Assembly (NCBI GenBank): GCA_964016885.1
Contig: OZ024745.1
Coordinates: 24,490,001 to 24,554,000 of the forward strand
Reading direction: 5' to 3'
Length of the DNA stretch: 64,000 nucleotides
Source of the DNA: Eledone cirrhosa
Taxonomy: Eukaryota
Positions 13,787-27,511 of the stretch are shown piece by piece. The notes beneath the pieces were generated by a model. That model saw nothing but the letters and a program-made list of their open reading frames with translations. It did no database searches and was not told the DNA's origin. Made by a program: the position numbers and the translations under genes. The stretch's first letter is position 1; every line of letters begins with the position of its first letter.

Positions 13787-14904
13787 CATACATACGTACA
13801 TAAATACATACATACATATATACATGTATATATACATACATACATACAAACATACATATATACATGTATATATACATACATACGAACATAAATACATACA
13901 TACATACATACATACATGTATATATATATACACATACATACGTACATAAATACATACATACATACATACACATATATACATGTATATATATATACATATA
14001 TATATATATACATACATACATACATACGTACATAAATACATGTATATATATATATATACATACATATATACCTACATACATACGTACATAAATACATATG
14101 TAAATGTGTATTATCTATGAGCCCCCCCCCCCCATTTGTTTATCATTACCACAAATGAGCAAATCGATCGATGGAGCGGCGTCGTTTGTGTTATTATTGA
14201 TATATTACGTCGGCGGATCAATAAAGACGAATTCTGTGACACAGCCTACCAATCTCTGCTGATTACAATACGTGCCGAGATATCGGTCGCCATATCAAAT
14301 CTCCTGCCTGTAAGCTATACTACTTACTACCATGACCTCAAACATATACAATGGCCGCTTTACGTTGGCCGCCATTTTGTTTGTACTCGGGGAGTGCTGG
14401 GAATTTTACTCCATTCTTATTGCTGTTTGTTTCTTTACTTCTTTTTGTGTTTTGATATTTATTTTCAGATGACACTGATAGTCTTATGTCGGCAGAGGTT
14501 ATTGTTTTGGCGTTTACACTTCAAGAGTTTCGCGTTCAAAGGTTCTGAAATAAGAGTTGTTTATTATTATTATTTTATTATTATTATTTATATCATTGTC
14601 AATATATACGTGTGCGTTTGTAATATATATGTATGAATGTGTGTATGTGCTTGGTTTGTGTAGGCATGCCTGTCTGTGTGTGTGTGTGTGTGCATATATA
14701 CTGGAATATATCTAAACAGACATAATGTAGTTTTGGTGACAATCTTTCTCGATCTTCTGTGATATAGAAAGGGCATGGTATATAATACCTATATTGAAAT
14801 ACACGAACATACTTCTAGATTGTATGTATATGTGTATATAGATGCGTGTGTGTGCTAGATATCTTACAGATAGTCACTTTTTATCGATCGATAGATAGAT
14901 AGAT

Positions 14905-14942
<38 letters not shown>

Positions 14943-15092
14943 GTTTTTATATATATATACATGTAAAGTTATATTTAAAATTGTTGGGTTACAACTAGTA
15001 AATATTTATAACTGATATAAAAGCACTCGACAAATATTTGGAGTATATTTACAATATTAAATAAATGGAAAACTATATTTATAAAACCATAT

Positions 15093-15160
15093 TTATTTCA
15101 TTATATATATTTCGGGGATATCATATTAACAATATGCTATGCCTTCATCAGACAAAATAC
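15093..15160 (-). ncRNA. Type-I hammerhead in an AT-rich pLTR (element about 14960-15225)
   Basis: Minus: tattttgt-CTGATGA-aggcatagcatattgttaatatgatatcccc-GAAA-tatata-TA-atgaaata. Flanks are homologous to 33561-33815 and 32015-32290. Confidence 0.75.
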
Positions 15161-15537
15161 AATATAAACAGTTTTATAGATAAATATATTCGACATACCG
15201 TAATAAACATCAACTTCATTTGGAGAGGTTTACGCTAGCAGTGAAAATACAGAGAGAAAGAAAGAGAAAAAGAAAAGAGGGAAAAAAGAAAGAAAGAAAG
15301 ACAGAACGAAGAGAAGGAAGAAAAAGAAAAAGAAGAAAAAAAGAAGAAAAAAGAAAAAGAAGAAATGCATGGAACAAAATAGAGAGATGGAAAAATAGAT
15401 AAAGCGAAGAGCTTCATGTAAAGAGACAGAAAGAGATATATATATAGAGAGAGAGAGGAAATAGAGATAGATACATATATATATATAGAAAATTAGGTAG
15501 TGGGAGGTCATTTTGAGTAAGTGTATCAATGATACAT

Positions 15538-15572
<35 letters not shown>

Positions 15573-16669
15573 GCTCAAGTATTAATGTAAGGGAGAAATA
15601 TAGAGAGATATAGAGAGATATAGAGAGATATAGAGAGAGAAAAAATTTAAAAATAGCCAGACATATTCGAGGCGTAGAAAACCCTATGTTTTAATGTATT
15701 AGTATTTATAAAACTTACACTATACTGTAAATATCAGTATTACTGAATGAAACAAGTATTCACAATGTGTGAAAATTCATTATCTTATGTTTAGTTTTTA
15801 AAAATTCATATGTTTATGTGACAGCTACAAACATCAATGTGAATCCAACTGATTCACTCCGCAAATTCTAAGTTACCGGAAAACATTCTCAATGTGGTAT
15901 AAAAATTTGAGCATATTATTATTCTTGCGATTACTCTACAAGATTATCTATCAAGCAGAAATAGAGAGCAGATTTCAATATACTAATCGAAAATATATAT
16001 TATATTATAAACAAAGATAACAATAATAATAATAATAAGTAAAAATATATAAAAATATAGAATAGAAAACTAAAAAGATATTACGAAAGAATATTACATA
16101 ATAAAAATGTTGCATATTAAAAATACGTATTAAAAAATATTACGTATTAAAAATTTACATATAAAAATATTAAAAATAAAATAAAAATAAAAATATTATA
16201 GAATACTACAATACTAAAAGAATAAAGATAAAAATAAAAATAAAAATAAAAATAAAAATAAAAATAAAAATAAAAATAAAAATAAAAATAAAAATGAAAA
16301 TAAACCACAAAGAACAACCCTTCAAAGTTAATTGACAATATATTGCCAAGTTCATTACAAGACAAAGCCCAAAATTATCTATCAAATCACATCTAGCAAA
16401 GAATATCGCAAAAAAGATTATGATGTCCAATAATGTCTACATATGTTCCTATATTTAATATAGAAGTTTATCTAGTGTAAGGTTAATTCAAAAAATTTGG
16501 AGCATCGGCTTTTAGGGTAGCTTAATTTTTCATGAGGAATGTTTAGATAAAAATAAAAATAAATAAAATAAATTAAACAATAAAAAGAGTAAAAAGAGGG
16601 AATCAAAGATTTAGGAATCAAAAGATTTATCGGCTAGTTCTCATATAAATATAAATCAAACTAAATATA

Positions 16670-17065
<396 letters not shown>

Positions 17066-17126
17066 CCGCCGAAATGTGATTCTCGCTAAATTTATATTTG
17101 TATATAGATAGATAAATAGATAGATA

Positions 17127-19183
17127 TGTTTCTTTATTAGCCACATGGGCACAAAAGAAGGGAACAAATACAAAGGGGGAAGTTTACATACAATAAAAAC
17201 GTGTAAAATACTATCACAAATGCAATTTAAAAATTAGTCGATTTTCCCCAATAGGGGGAGACATTACATATGGGTAACACATACCTCCGAAAAAATGTGC
17301 AACCCTCATCTCCAGGAGTACGAAGAGTGAGTACCCCTTTCCACTCTTCCTCTTTTTCCTTAACCTACAGGCTGATATAGAGAGAAGGCCCATTCACTCG
17401 GGCCATTCTCTCCACATTCACCCACCTTTCATAAAACTTGCTGGGGTACAGCACCTCTCTCTCCATCCTGATTCTTCTTCCAAAGTGGTATTTGGAAAAA
17501 AGAATCAGTTGCTCGCCGGAGAGAAAGGTGTCTGATCTCAGCCCTTTTAACCTCATCCACCATACAACCATTTTCGCCATAGCTATCACACAAAGGAAAA
17601 CCGCCTCTCGTTTTTAAAGGAGCGTGGCGGTTTGATCATGACAATGGACTAGGTGGTCGTTCTACATAGACTCACAGGTCGGTAACGCCCGGGCAGTGTA
17701 ATAATGCGTGCGTGACGGTTTCTTCGTCTCGCACGCATCTCGGACAGACCTTTTTTGAAGGGTCCCTGCCCGGGCGCCCAAGTCTGTAGAGCTTGTCTCA
17801 ACTGATAGAGCTCCTCGGTAGCACTACCAGGCCAGGGACTTTTGGAAGTTGTCTATCGGTCTCGGGCAGAAGGTCCTACCGAACAGACTAGCCAGTTCGT
17901 CTTCCTCTACGCCTAGAGTTTCTCCGAGCGCGTCGTCGCACTTGCTGCGGACCAACCTTCTATAGAATGACGAAGTGAAGTCTCCACTGATCGCCGGGTG
18001 CGCCCGCCAGAGGGCTGTGAGCGCCTGAGCACATTCGATGTGCCAGTCGCCCATTTTCCTTGGTCTTTGCTTGACCAACGACTGCAGCTCGGTCAGCGAG
18101 ACGAGTCGTGGGAAGGCTCGCCTCACGAACGGGGCCCACACCGGTTGTCCGGTGAGGAATACGTGGAGATGCAGCAGCCTGAGCGCGTGTTTGCGCATCG
18201 TTAGCCACGGCATCCCCAGCGCTCCGTTGGAAGGGTGTTGGCAGCAGATGGATCTTCTCACCAAAGGAGCCCGCTTCTTCCAAAGGAATTGGAAGAGCAC
18301 GCGCTCTATTTTGGCGAGCGCTTTGGCTGGACAAGGCACGACGGTCAAGCGTTAGTAAATGACGGACGCTATAAAAGTGTTCTCCACCTCCACTCGACCT
18401 TTCAAGGATAGTTTGCACTCGGCCCACTTCTGGGTGAGTGCAAACACCTTGGCCGTCACCTCGTTCCAGTTCTTCTCCACCTGGAGGTCCGGACCAAACA
18501 GACCCCGAGCAGCTTTACCGGTCCTCCCGTCCAGCGTCCGACGACGCCATCAGAAGGCATCGGTTTGCCTCTCCACGATCCGAGTGCAAACCGATGGACT
18601 TGTCCCGGTTCAGCTTCGCTCCTGTGAGCCTTTCGTATTCCTTCAGTTGGGTGCCGACTTCCTCAATTTGCGAGGTGCTCGACACCATTACTGTAAAGTC
18701 GTCGGCGTAGGCCGACGCCGCTTTCCACAGTCTCGGTTCCTGAGGGATGCCCTGCAATAGCTCCAACTTCCGCAGTAGTGGCTCGAGAGTCAGTACGTAC
18801 AGAAGGGAGGAGAGAAGGCATCCCTGTCGGATAGATCGTGTGATATGGAACGGCTCCGAGAGGTAGCCGTTCACCTTGACCCTTGAGCAGATGTTGCTGC
18901 TGTGCATTGCAGCAATACAGGCCCTGAACACGGGTCCGAAGCCTGCCGCCTCGAGCACCGCATCCAGATAACGATGGTCAACCCTATCGAAAGCCTTAGA
19001 CTGATCCAAGTTGATCAGGGCCCCACCGAAGCCGGGTTTACACCCAATCCTCTCTACGATGTATTGCATGAGGTGGAGGTTGTCGTGTATGGTCCTGGTC
19101 GGGATTGCGCATGTCTGCGCTTCTCCCACCAGGTTTTTGACGACAAGCGCCAGCCTCTTTGCCAACACCTTGGCCAAAATCTG
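17127..19183 (-). mobile_element. 5'-truncated, disrupted L1/Tx1-type LINE (RT to 3' UTR) between (GATA)n tracts
   Basis: LDQSKAFDRVDH, RQGCLLS, AYADD, FQFLWKK and a C-terminal CPRC region. Same family as the ORF2 at 56745. Confidence 0.9.
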
Positions 19184-19762
19184 TAGATAGATAGATAGAT
19201 AGTTTCATAGAGAGAGAGAGACAAAGAGAGAGAGAGAGAAAGAAAGTGACTGATGTTGCAGGAAATCAGCCATACGTCGTGAATCCAAATTCCCTCCAAG
19301 TATTTCTTAGTGTTATAGGAAGGTACATTGAGAATATTTGATAGATTATAGATGGAAAAAAAGGTAGACATAAGTGCATACAAGGAACCGTACCCTATAT
19401 CTCTCCAATACCATAACACTAAGGCGCGAATGACATTTCGTCCTTCAAAACTTTTCTATTCAGGAAACCAAAGAAACCAGCCATATTTCCAGCCAACATG
19501 AAAGCCTGTATGTGGTCGCTCAACATGTGAGAAATAACAGCAACATCTTCCTCAAATCACATCCTACCACATGAACACAACATAAGACAGTGTACTACCA
19601 GATATATAAAATGTTGGGTCACAGTTAAAATATCTTTGATCTAGGATTGCTCAATCTGATCCTCCCTGGGACTAAATAATAATAATAACCATAAAATCTC
19701 TCAGAATTGCTAATATCTACCATCTGCATTCCTCCAGTTCAATATGGAACCACACTCTCATA

Positions 19763-19951
19763 TAATTGTTTCTACTTTTTTGCACAAGGCCAGCAATTAT
19801 CCAGTACATTACTGGTACTTTATTTTATCGACCCCGTAAGGATGAAAGGCAAAGTTAACCTCGGCGGGATTTGAACTCAGATCATAAAGGGAGGTAATTC
19901 TATGCTTCAAAGCATGGCGCCCGACCCTCTACCGATGCTGCCAATCCACCA
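19763..19951 (-). mobile_element. SINE family A
   Basis: Full reverse-complement copy with B box (gatttgaactc). Confidence 0.85.
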
Positions 19952-20260
19952 TAACGAAATGTTTTGAAATCAGAGTAACCATCATACCGTGTGAAATTAT
20001 ATTGCATACATTAACCCACCCGGTTGAGTATGAGGCATTGTTGTCACTTTGATATGTAATTTAACACTATTGTTAACACGAGGATAGCCATGGAGGTAAT
20101 ATAGGGTCGGGAGGAGGAGTGTGTATGGTGTCGCTACATTGATTGGTTTTAGAAATAAACAACAAAACATTGAAGTGAAGTAAATGGATATAGGTAGAGA
20201 CTGGGAGTTAAAGAGTTAAAGACGCAAGGAAAAATCAAAAATCTGCAAAATATTAATAAT

Positions 20261-20450
20261 AATTGTTTCTAGTTTAGGCACAAAACCAGCAATTTGGGGT
20301 GAGGGGAAAGTCGATTAAATCGATCACAGTGCATTACTGATGCTTTATTTTATCGACCCCGTAAGTTAGCCTCGGCGGGATTTCAACTCAGAAGGTTAGC
20401 TTCGCCTTTCATCCTTACGGGATCGATAAAATCAAGTACCAGTAATACAC
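20261..20450. mobile_element. Two partial family A SINEs joined in opposite orientation
   Basis: Minus copy 20261-20390 abuts plus copy 20392-20450. Confidence 0.7.
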
Positions 20451-20454
20451 TAAT

Positions 20455-21870
20455 AACAATTCTTTATTGATCACAAGGGTTGACAGAAAGATACATTTAG
20501 GCCGACACAGGACGCTACAATGTGGGTTTCTGCGTGTAATAAGGAGAATAACACAAAGACAAAAGATGTAACAAAAAATAGAAACAAAAGAAAATTCCCC
20601 AATAGAGGGGAAACTTCCATGGGTTACACCGGGGCAAGTGATTCTTTCTTCCTGTATTTGCCCTAGGGTTGAAACATATAGGACAATACAAAACGACAAG
20701 GACAGTGGGATTTATGTAACCATGACAACGGGTAGACAAATTAAACAGATAATAAACAATAAATTAATTGTTTCTACTTTTAGCACAAGGCCAACAATTA
20801 TCTCAGTGTATTACTGGTACTTTATTTTATCGACCCCTGTAAGGATGAAAGGCAAAGTTAATCTCGGCGGGATTTGAACTCAGACCATAAAGGGCCGTAA
20901 CTCTTTGCTGCAAAGCTTGGCGTCCGACCCTCTACCAATACTGCCAACCCACCGCCCTATTAAACAATAAATTAATAACAATAAAACATTCCCCAATAGG
21001 AGGAGAAGCAGTCAGGGGTAACTTAGGAACCCCACAGATCCTAAACAACCGTAATCTCCAAGAGGGCGGTAGGAAGGCGCCCCACTCACCTCGAAACTCT
21101 CCAGCATTCAGGCGCATGTTCAGGGTAGGCTCATTCACTCGGGTCACCCTCGCTTTGTTAACCCACCTTTTAAATAATGTACTGGGGATGGGGTGGGGTA
21201 AGAATTCCCTCTCCACACATACCTTCCTTTCCAAGTGGAACTTGAAAGGTCGACGAGGGCTTGGTCGAAAAGGAAAGTGTCTGTCTTTAGTCCTTTCAGC
21301 TGCATCCACCACACAACCTTTTTCACTACAGCCACCAGACAGGAAAACGGCCTGCAGTTTCCGGACAAAAGAAGGTGGTGGAGCAATTTCACGATGAGGT
21401 CAGCCGATAGCTAGACCGTCCTACGCGTGATAATAGCTGTTCGACAAAACTCCACAAATCAGTAATACTTGGGCAATGGACAAGTACACGCAGAACGGTT
21501 TCTTGACTCTACGCTCACCTCATACTGCTCAATCTGACAACACTTCCATGCCTGTTTGTTTTGAACCGGTGGTGCCCCCACTGATGTAGCACTGCCAAGC
21601 CAAGGATTTCTCGAAATTGTCCATAGTACCTTGATCGAAAATCCTCCATAACAGAATGGCTAGTTCGTTCTCGTTGATGTACTTGCTCACCACTAGCCCT
21701 TTATAGAACTCTAGAGTGGAGTTTCCACTGACCGTATTGGTAGAGGGCTGTGAGCGCCAGACAACATTCCAGATGCCAGGCACTCAGTGTTGATCTTCAC
21801 TTGACTCACGACTGCAGCTCAGTCAAAGACATGAGCTGCCAAAAGACAGCTGTTCAACGACTCAGCCAAT
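20455..21870 (-). mobile_element. Old Tx1-type 3' fragments (20455-20635 and 20640-21870), the second interrupted by a SINE
   Basis: MDNFEKSLAWQCY, KKVVWWMQLKGLKT, and a 3' UTR with ttccccaatagg shared with the other copies. Confidence 0.75.
20769..20958 (-). mobile_element. SINE family A with 16-bp TSD
   Basis: TAAACAATAAATTAAT at 20753-20768 and 20961-20976. Confidence 0.9.
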
Positions 21871-21989
21871 TCACTGCCAATTTCTAAAACGTTAGGATGT
21901 TATACGACGGAGATTGGCTGCTATTTCTAGCATTGAACTTGACTTTGTAAAGGTTGTTGATTGTTATAGCGATTCTGCTGCAGCTGTTG

Positions 21990-23110
21990 TTGTTAATGAC
22001 GGTGGTAGTGGTTGTGGTGATGGTTGTGATGGTTCTGGTGGTGGTGGTGGTGGTGGTTGTGATGGTAGTGGCGATGCTTGTGGTGGTGGTGGTGGTGGTT
22101 GTGATGGTGGTGGTGGTAGTGGTGGTGGTGATTGTGACGGTGGTGACGGTGGTGGTGGTAGCGATGGTGTTGGTGGTAGTAATGGTGGTAGTGATGGTGG
22201 TGGTGGTGGTGGTGGTGGTGTTTGTGGTGGTTGTGGTAGTGATGGTGGTGCTGGTGGAAGTAGTAGTTGTGGTGGTGGGTACCGTCATTGGGATGGTTGT
22301 GTTCACTGGTAATGAGAGTAATGGCTGTTTCCATGGAAACGGCGGTAATAGATGTAATCGTCATCGAAGTTCTATACGGTAGGTAAAGGGAGTGGTGGGG
22401 GGAGTAGTGTGGGGTAGTAGTGGTGGTGGTGGTGGTGGTAGTGGTGGTGGTTGTGGTGGTGTTGGTGGTGGTGGTGGTGGTGGTGGTAGTGATGGTGGTG
22501 GTGGCGGTGGTAGTCGGGGTGTAGTGTGGGGTGGGGATGGGGGTAGTTGTGGGGGGTAGTGTAGTGGTGGTGGTGGTGATGGTGGGGTTAGTAATGGTAG
22601 CGGTGGTGGTGGTGGTGGTGGTGGTAGTTGTGGAGTGGTAGTGATGATGGGGTTAGTAGTGGTAGCGGTGGTGGTGGTGGTGGTGGTAGTGGTGGTGGTA
22701 GTGGTGGTGGTAGTGGTGGGGTGGTAGTGGTGGTAGTGGTGGTGGTAGTGGTGGGGGTGGTAGTGGTGGGGTGTAAGTGGTGGTAGTGGTGGGGTGTAAG
22801 TGGTGGTAGTGGTGGTGGTAATGGCGGTGGTGGGGTTAGTAGTGGTAGCGATGGTGGTGGTGGTGGTAGTGGTGGGGTGGTAGTGGTGGTGGTGGTGGTG
22901 GTAGTGGTGGTGGTAGAGGCAGTGGTGGTAGTGGTGGTGGCGTCGCTCGTGGTGGTAGTGGTGGTGACGTCGCTGGTGGTGGTGGCAGTAGTGGTAGTGG
23001 TGGTGGTTATGGTGGTGGTGGCAGTGGTGGTAGTGGTGGTTGTGGTAGTGGTGCTTAATGGTGGGGTGGTGTGGTAATGGTGGGGATAGGGTGGTGGCAA
23101 TGGTGGTAAT
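21990..23110. repeat. (GGT)n-rich degenerate trinucleotide array (also 23715-23985; (ACC)n at 5880-6290)
   Basis: Visible. Source of the poly-Val/Thr/His/Pro ORFs. Confidence 0.9.
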
Positions 23111-23127
23111 ATAGTTATATTTAAGAT

Positions 23128-23306
23128 AACTGTTTCTACTTTTGGTACAAAGCCAGCAATTACCACGTACATTACTGGTACTTTATTTTATCGACCTCGT
23201 AAGGATGAAAAGCAAAGTTAACCTCGGCGGTATTTGAACTCAGAATAGCAAGGGCCGTAACTCTATGCGTCAAAGCGTGGCGTCCGACCCTCTACCGATA
23301 CTGCCA
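23128..23306 (-). mobile_element. SINE family A
   Basis: Reverse-complement family A body and head. Confidence 0.85.
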
Positions 23307-23482
23307 GATGATGATTTTGATGACGTTGTTGGTGTTATATTCGGATGGTGTTGAATTTGTTGATGTTGTTGCTATTGTTGTTGTTTAGCCCCAGGTGAAC
23401 CTTGATTGTGCAGACAGGATGATTAAAGACACTCCAACCGTAACCACAACTTTGTTTTAGGGATATGTAGGACTACATTATT

Positions 23483-23666
23483 ATTGGCAGCATCTGTAGA
23501 GCGTCAGACGCCATGCTTTGCAGCAAAGAGTTACGTCCTTTTACGGTCTGAATTCAAATCCCGCCGAGGTTGACTTTGCCTTTCATCCTTACGGGGTCAA
23601 TAAAATAAAGTACCAGTAATGCACTGGGATAATTGCTGGCCTTGTGCCTAAAGTAGAGACAATTAT
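23483..23666 (+). mobile_element. SINE family A
   Basis: TTGGCAGCATC..GAATTCAAATCC..ggccttgtgcctaaagtagagac. Confidence 0.85.
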
Positions 23667-24483
23667 TATTCTGTGTCTATTCCTCTCCCAAAGTGACAGG
23701 GTATGATTTGGAAATGGTGGTTTGGTGGTGGTGGTGGTGGTGGTAGTGGTGGTGTTGGTGGTGGTGGTATTGGTGGCGGTACTGGTGGTGGTGGATTGGT
23801 GGTGCTGGTGACGGTGGTGGTGTTGGTGGTGGTAGTGGTGGTTTGGTGGTGGTGGATTGGTGGTGGATCGGTGGTGGTAGTGGTGGCTTAGTGGTGGTGG
23901 TGGTCTTGATGTTGTTGTTGTTCGTGGTGGTGGTGGTGGTGGTGGTAGTGGTGGTGGTGGTGGTGGTGGTGGTGGGGGAGGAGGGGGGTGATTGGTTCGG
24001 CAAATTAATAAGTAGGAATACGAGGGTTTTAGTACGACAAACATAAAGACAGACAGACAGTCAGACAGATAAACTGCCAGACAAGGCGACATACAGACAG
24101 ACCGACAGACAGATTATACAACTACGTTCAATGACCGTGTTGGTTGCCTGGCAACAATCAGATTCTACATTTCACAGTTCTACTCGATACACACATACAC
24201 AAATACACATGCATACACACATATACACACATATACACACACACTCATACGTTCACTTAAAAGACATACATGCTAACATTATTCACAGATTCTCAAAGGA
24301 ACGCATACGGACGCAAGTAGATACACATGCATACACACACACACACTCACACACACACACACACATACATATATATATACTGTATATATGTGCGGGTGTG
24401 TGTGTGTGTGCATGATGGCACTGTATATACATGTATGTATGTACATATATACATGTATATATATACATGTATATATGTGTGTT

Positions 24484-24611
<128 letters not shown>

Positions 24612-24900
24612 TATGTATATATGCACATATACTAACGATGCTTTCACAGAAATACGTATAGACACATACACACACACACATACACACAAACACACGCACA
24701 CATATATATATAAGAGAGTGTTAAGAACTGGCGGGAAATAGCCGTTTCCGATTCATTATGTCAATTAGAATTAATCACCAGGCGCAACACTTCACACAAA
24801 ATTTCACTACTTTTTTTTCACTTTTTTAATATTTTTAGACTCCATTTTGTATTTTTTACATATATATATATTTTTACAGATATATTTATTATTTATTTGT

Positions 24901-24931
<31 letters not shown>

Positions 24932-25255
24932 TAGCAAGAGGTGTATTTTCTTCCCTTTTTATTATATTTGTTTTTGTTTTTGTTGTTATTGTTTTGTTTT
25001 TTCTTAGTTTTTTTTTTGGGGGGGGGGGGGGTTCTGTGAAGAGTTGCTATTATATTTTCTGTTGTTTTTTTTTTTTTGTCTAGATGTATTTTTTGTCGCT
25101 CCCGCAAACACTCACCCCCCCCCTCTCTCACTCTCTCATTTACTTTATTTCTCTCTCTTCCTTTCGCTCTCTATCTATCGCACAGACACAAATTCTTTTC
25201 CATTAGTCTACCCCCAATTCATTGCAAGAATTTGCGAAAACACACATACGTGCGT

Positions 25256-25335
<80 letters not shown>

Positions 25336-25336
<1 letters not shown>

Positions 25337-25437
25337 CCGTCGAGGTTAAACATTTTCCTATTACCCACTCTACTACCCTAAGTATTGAGTACTCTGGTGC
25401 GTTATGGACCATCTGGTTCCTTAACACACTTCCTTCG

Positions 25438-25440
<3 letters not shown>
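25336..25440 (+). mobile_element. Short 3' end of the 53467-family pLTR, ending in (TA)n
   Basis: Reverse-complement match to 53467-53570. Begins GCCGTC, i.e. at the predicted HHR cleavage triplet. Confidence 0.8.
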
Positions 25441-25482
<42 letters not shown>

Positions 25483-25556
25483 TAGATATAAATATATATG
25501 TATACATATATATATATACACACACATGCATATGTATATCTATATATTCATATAAT

Positions 25557-25746
25557 TGTTTCTTCTTTTTGGCACAAGGCCAGCAATTACGCAGTACATT
25601 ACTGGTATTTTATTTTATCGACCCCGTAAGGATGAAAGGCAAAGTTAACCTCGGCGGGATTTGAACTCAGATCGTAAAGGGACGTAACTCTTTGCGTCAA
25701 AGCATGGCGTCCGACCCTCCACTGATATTGCCAATCCACCGCCCTT
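25557..25746 (-). mobile_element. SINE family A with 16-bp TSD
   Basis: TATATATTCATATAAT at 25541-25556 and 25747-25762. Confidence 0.9.
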
Positions 25747-25758
25747 TATATATTCATA

Positions 25759-26170
25759 TAATATTATTCAGAATATTAATAAATGAAGACATTCACATAA
25801 TCAAAATATATGTTTTATTATATATATTTCGAAGGTACTGTGCTATTTTTTCAGTACGTCTTCGTCAGATAAAATACATGAATTGATGTATGACATACCT
25901 CAACGGTCTTGATAGTTCAATTTCAGTATTGGCAGTCAATATGTCATACATCAATTCATGTATTTTATCTGACGAAGACGTACTGAAAAAACAGCACAGT
26001 ACCTTCGAAATATATATAATAAAACATATATTTTGATTATGTGAATGTCTTCATTTATTAATATTCTGAATAATATTAATAACTCCAGAAAATTTACTTG
26101 TAGAGTGCTTTTAATCTATTGTAAAACTATATTCATTGAGTAATCAATGAACCATATTAATCTTTGGTTA
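25759..26170. mobile_element. Inverted pLTR pair with a hammerhead on each strand
   Basis: Arms 25759-25897 and 25940-26078 (1 mismatch). Plus-strand HHR 25961-26026: tattttat-CTGACGA-..gtactg..cagtac..-GAAA-tatata-TA-ataaaa. Mirror copy at 25811-25876. Confidence 0.85.
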
Positions 26171-26189
26171 TATATTCATGTAATATATA

Positions 26190-26278
<89 letters not shown>

Positions 26279-26564
26279 GATACTGGTTCATTGGTAATAT
26301 ATGTAAAGTGAGTGTGACAATGGAAGAAAAATATATTATTGTCGAAAGATTGTGGAGGATGAGGAGAAAGAGAGGGGGTGGCATATGCTGGAGGTGAGAG
26401 AGAAGTAGTGATAAGAGAGGTATAAAGGAGAGAATAATAATGGCTGAAGACATGTGGAAGAGAAGGTATAGAGAGGGGGGAGGGGTTGGTGTGACGAAGA
26501 TTGGATTAAAAGGAAGAGAAGGACGGAGAAGATTCGAAAGAATTGGGGAGAGAGATGAATGAAG

Positions 26565-27010
26565 ACTAGGGGAGTCGAAGGGAGACGAAGAGGGACGAAG
26601 AGAGGCGAAGTGGAACGAAGGAAGACGAAGGGGAACACAGATAGACGAAGAGAGACGAAGGGAGAGGAGGGGAGATACAGAGAGACGAAGAGAGACGAAG
26701 GGAGGTGAAGGGAGACAAAGGGAGACAGAGAGAGAGACGAAGAGAGACCACGAGAGACGACGAGAAACGAAGAGAGACGAAGGGAGACGAAGAGAGACGA
26801 AGGGAGACGAAGAGAGACGTAGTGAGACGAAGGGAGACGAAAAGAGACGAAGGGAGACGAAGAGAGACGAAGAGAGACGAAGGGGGACGAAAAGAGACGA
26901 AGGGGGACGAAAGGGGGACACAGAAAGACGAAGACAGACGAAGGGGGAGGGCGAAATGGGGACGTAGAGAGACGTAGAGAGACGAAGGGAGACGAAGGGA
27001 GACGTAGAAA
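26565..27010. repeat. Purine-rich 10-bp minisatellite (GAGACGAAGR)n
   Basis: Visible tandem units. Confidence 0.9.
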
Positions 27011-27365
27011 GATGAAGGGGTGATGAATAAATGAGTGAAAAATATGAGAAATACAGAGAAGGGGATTCAAAAATTGGTGACAGAAGAAACAATTAGAAAG
27101 AGGAAAAGAAGAAAGATATTAGAGATGGTAAAAATAGAATGGAAATGAAGAAGACAGAGAGAATGAGAGAAAGATGTTGGAGGAAAGGGAGAGAGAGGGT
27201 GGGTATGGGTAGAAGGAGAGAGAGGGAATATAGAAACATTATAGGGAGAATGAGACATAGGAAGGAGAAAGAGGAATAGGGTAGGGAAATACGATAGTAA
27301 AGAAAGAGAAGCAGAACAACATTGAACGTGAAGGGAATGAGTGGGTAAGTGAAAGAGAGAGGGGG

Positions 27366-27440
<75 letters not shown>

Positions 27441-27511
27441 CTGATTGAAGAAAAGAGAAAGAGACAGGTGGAATGCAAGTGGCGAGAAATAAGGTAAGAT
27501 TCAACTCCATG

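Noticed and set aside
16432-16482. Possible decayed HHR in the 3' UTR of the 16670 PLE relic (minus)
   Set aside because: Stem II and a palindromic ACATATGT are present, but both core strands deviate, so it is not called.
26565-27010. CRISPR-like or coding repeat
   Set aside because: Contiguous 10-mers with no unique spacers in a eukaryotic context.
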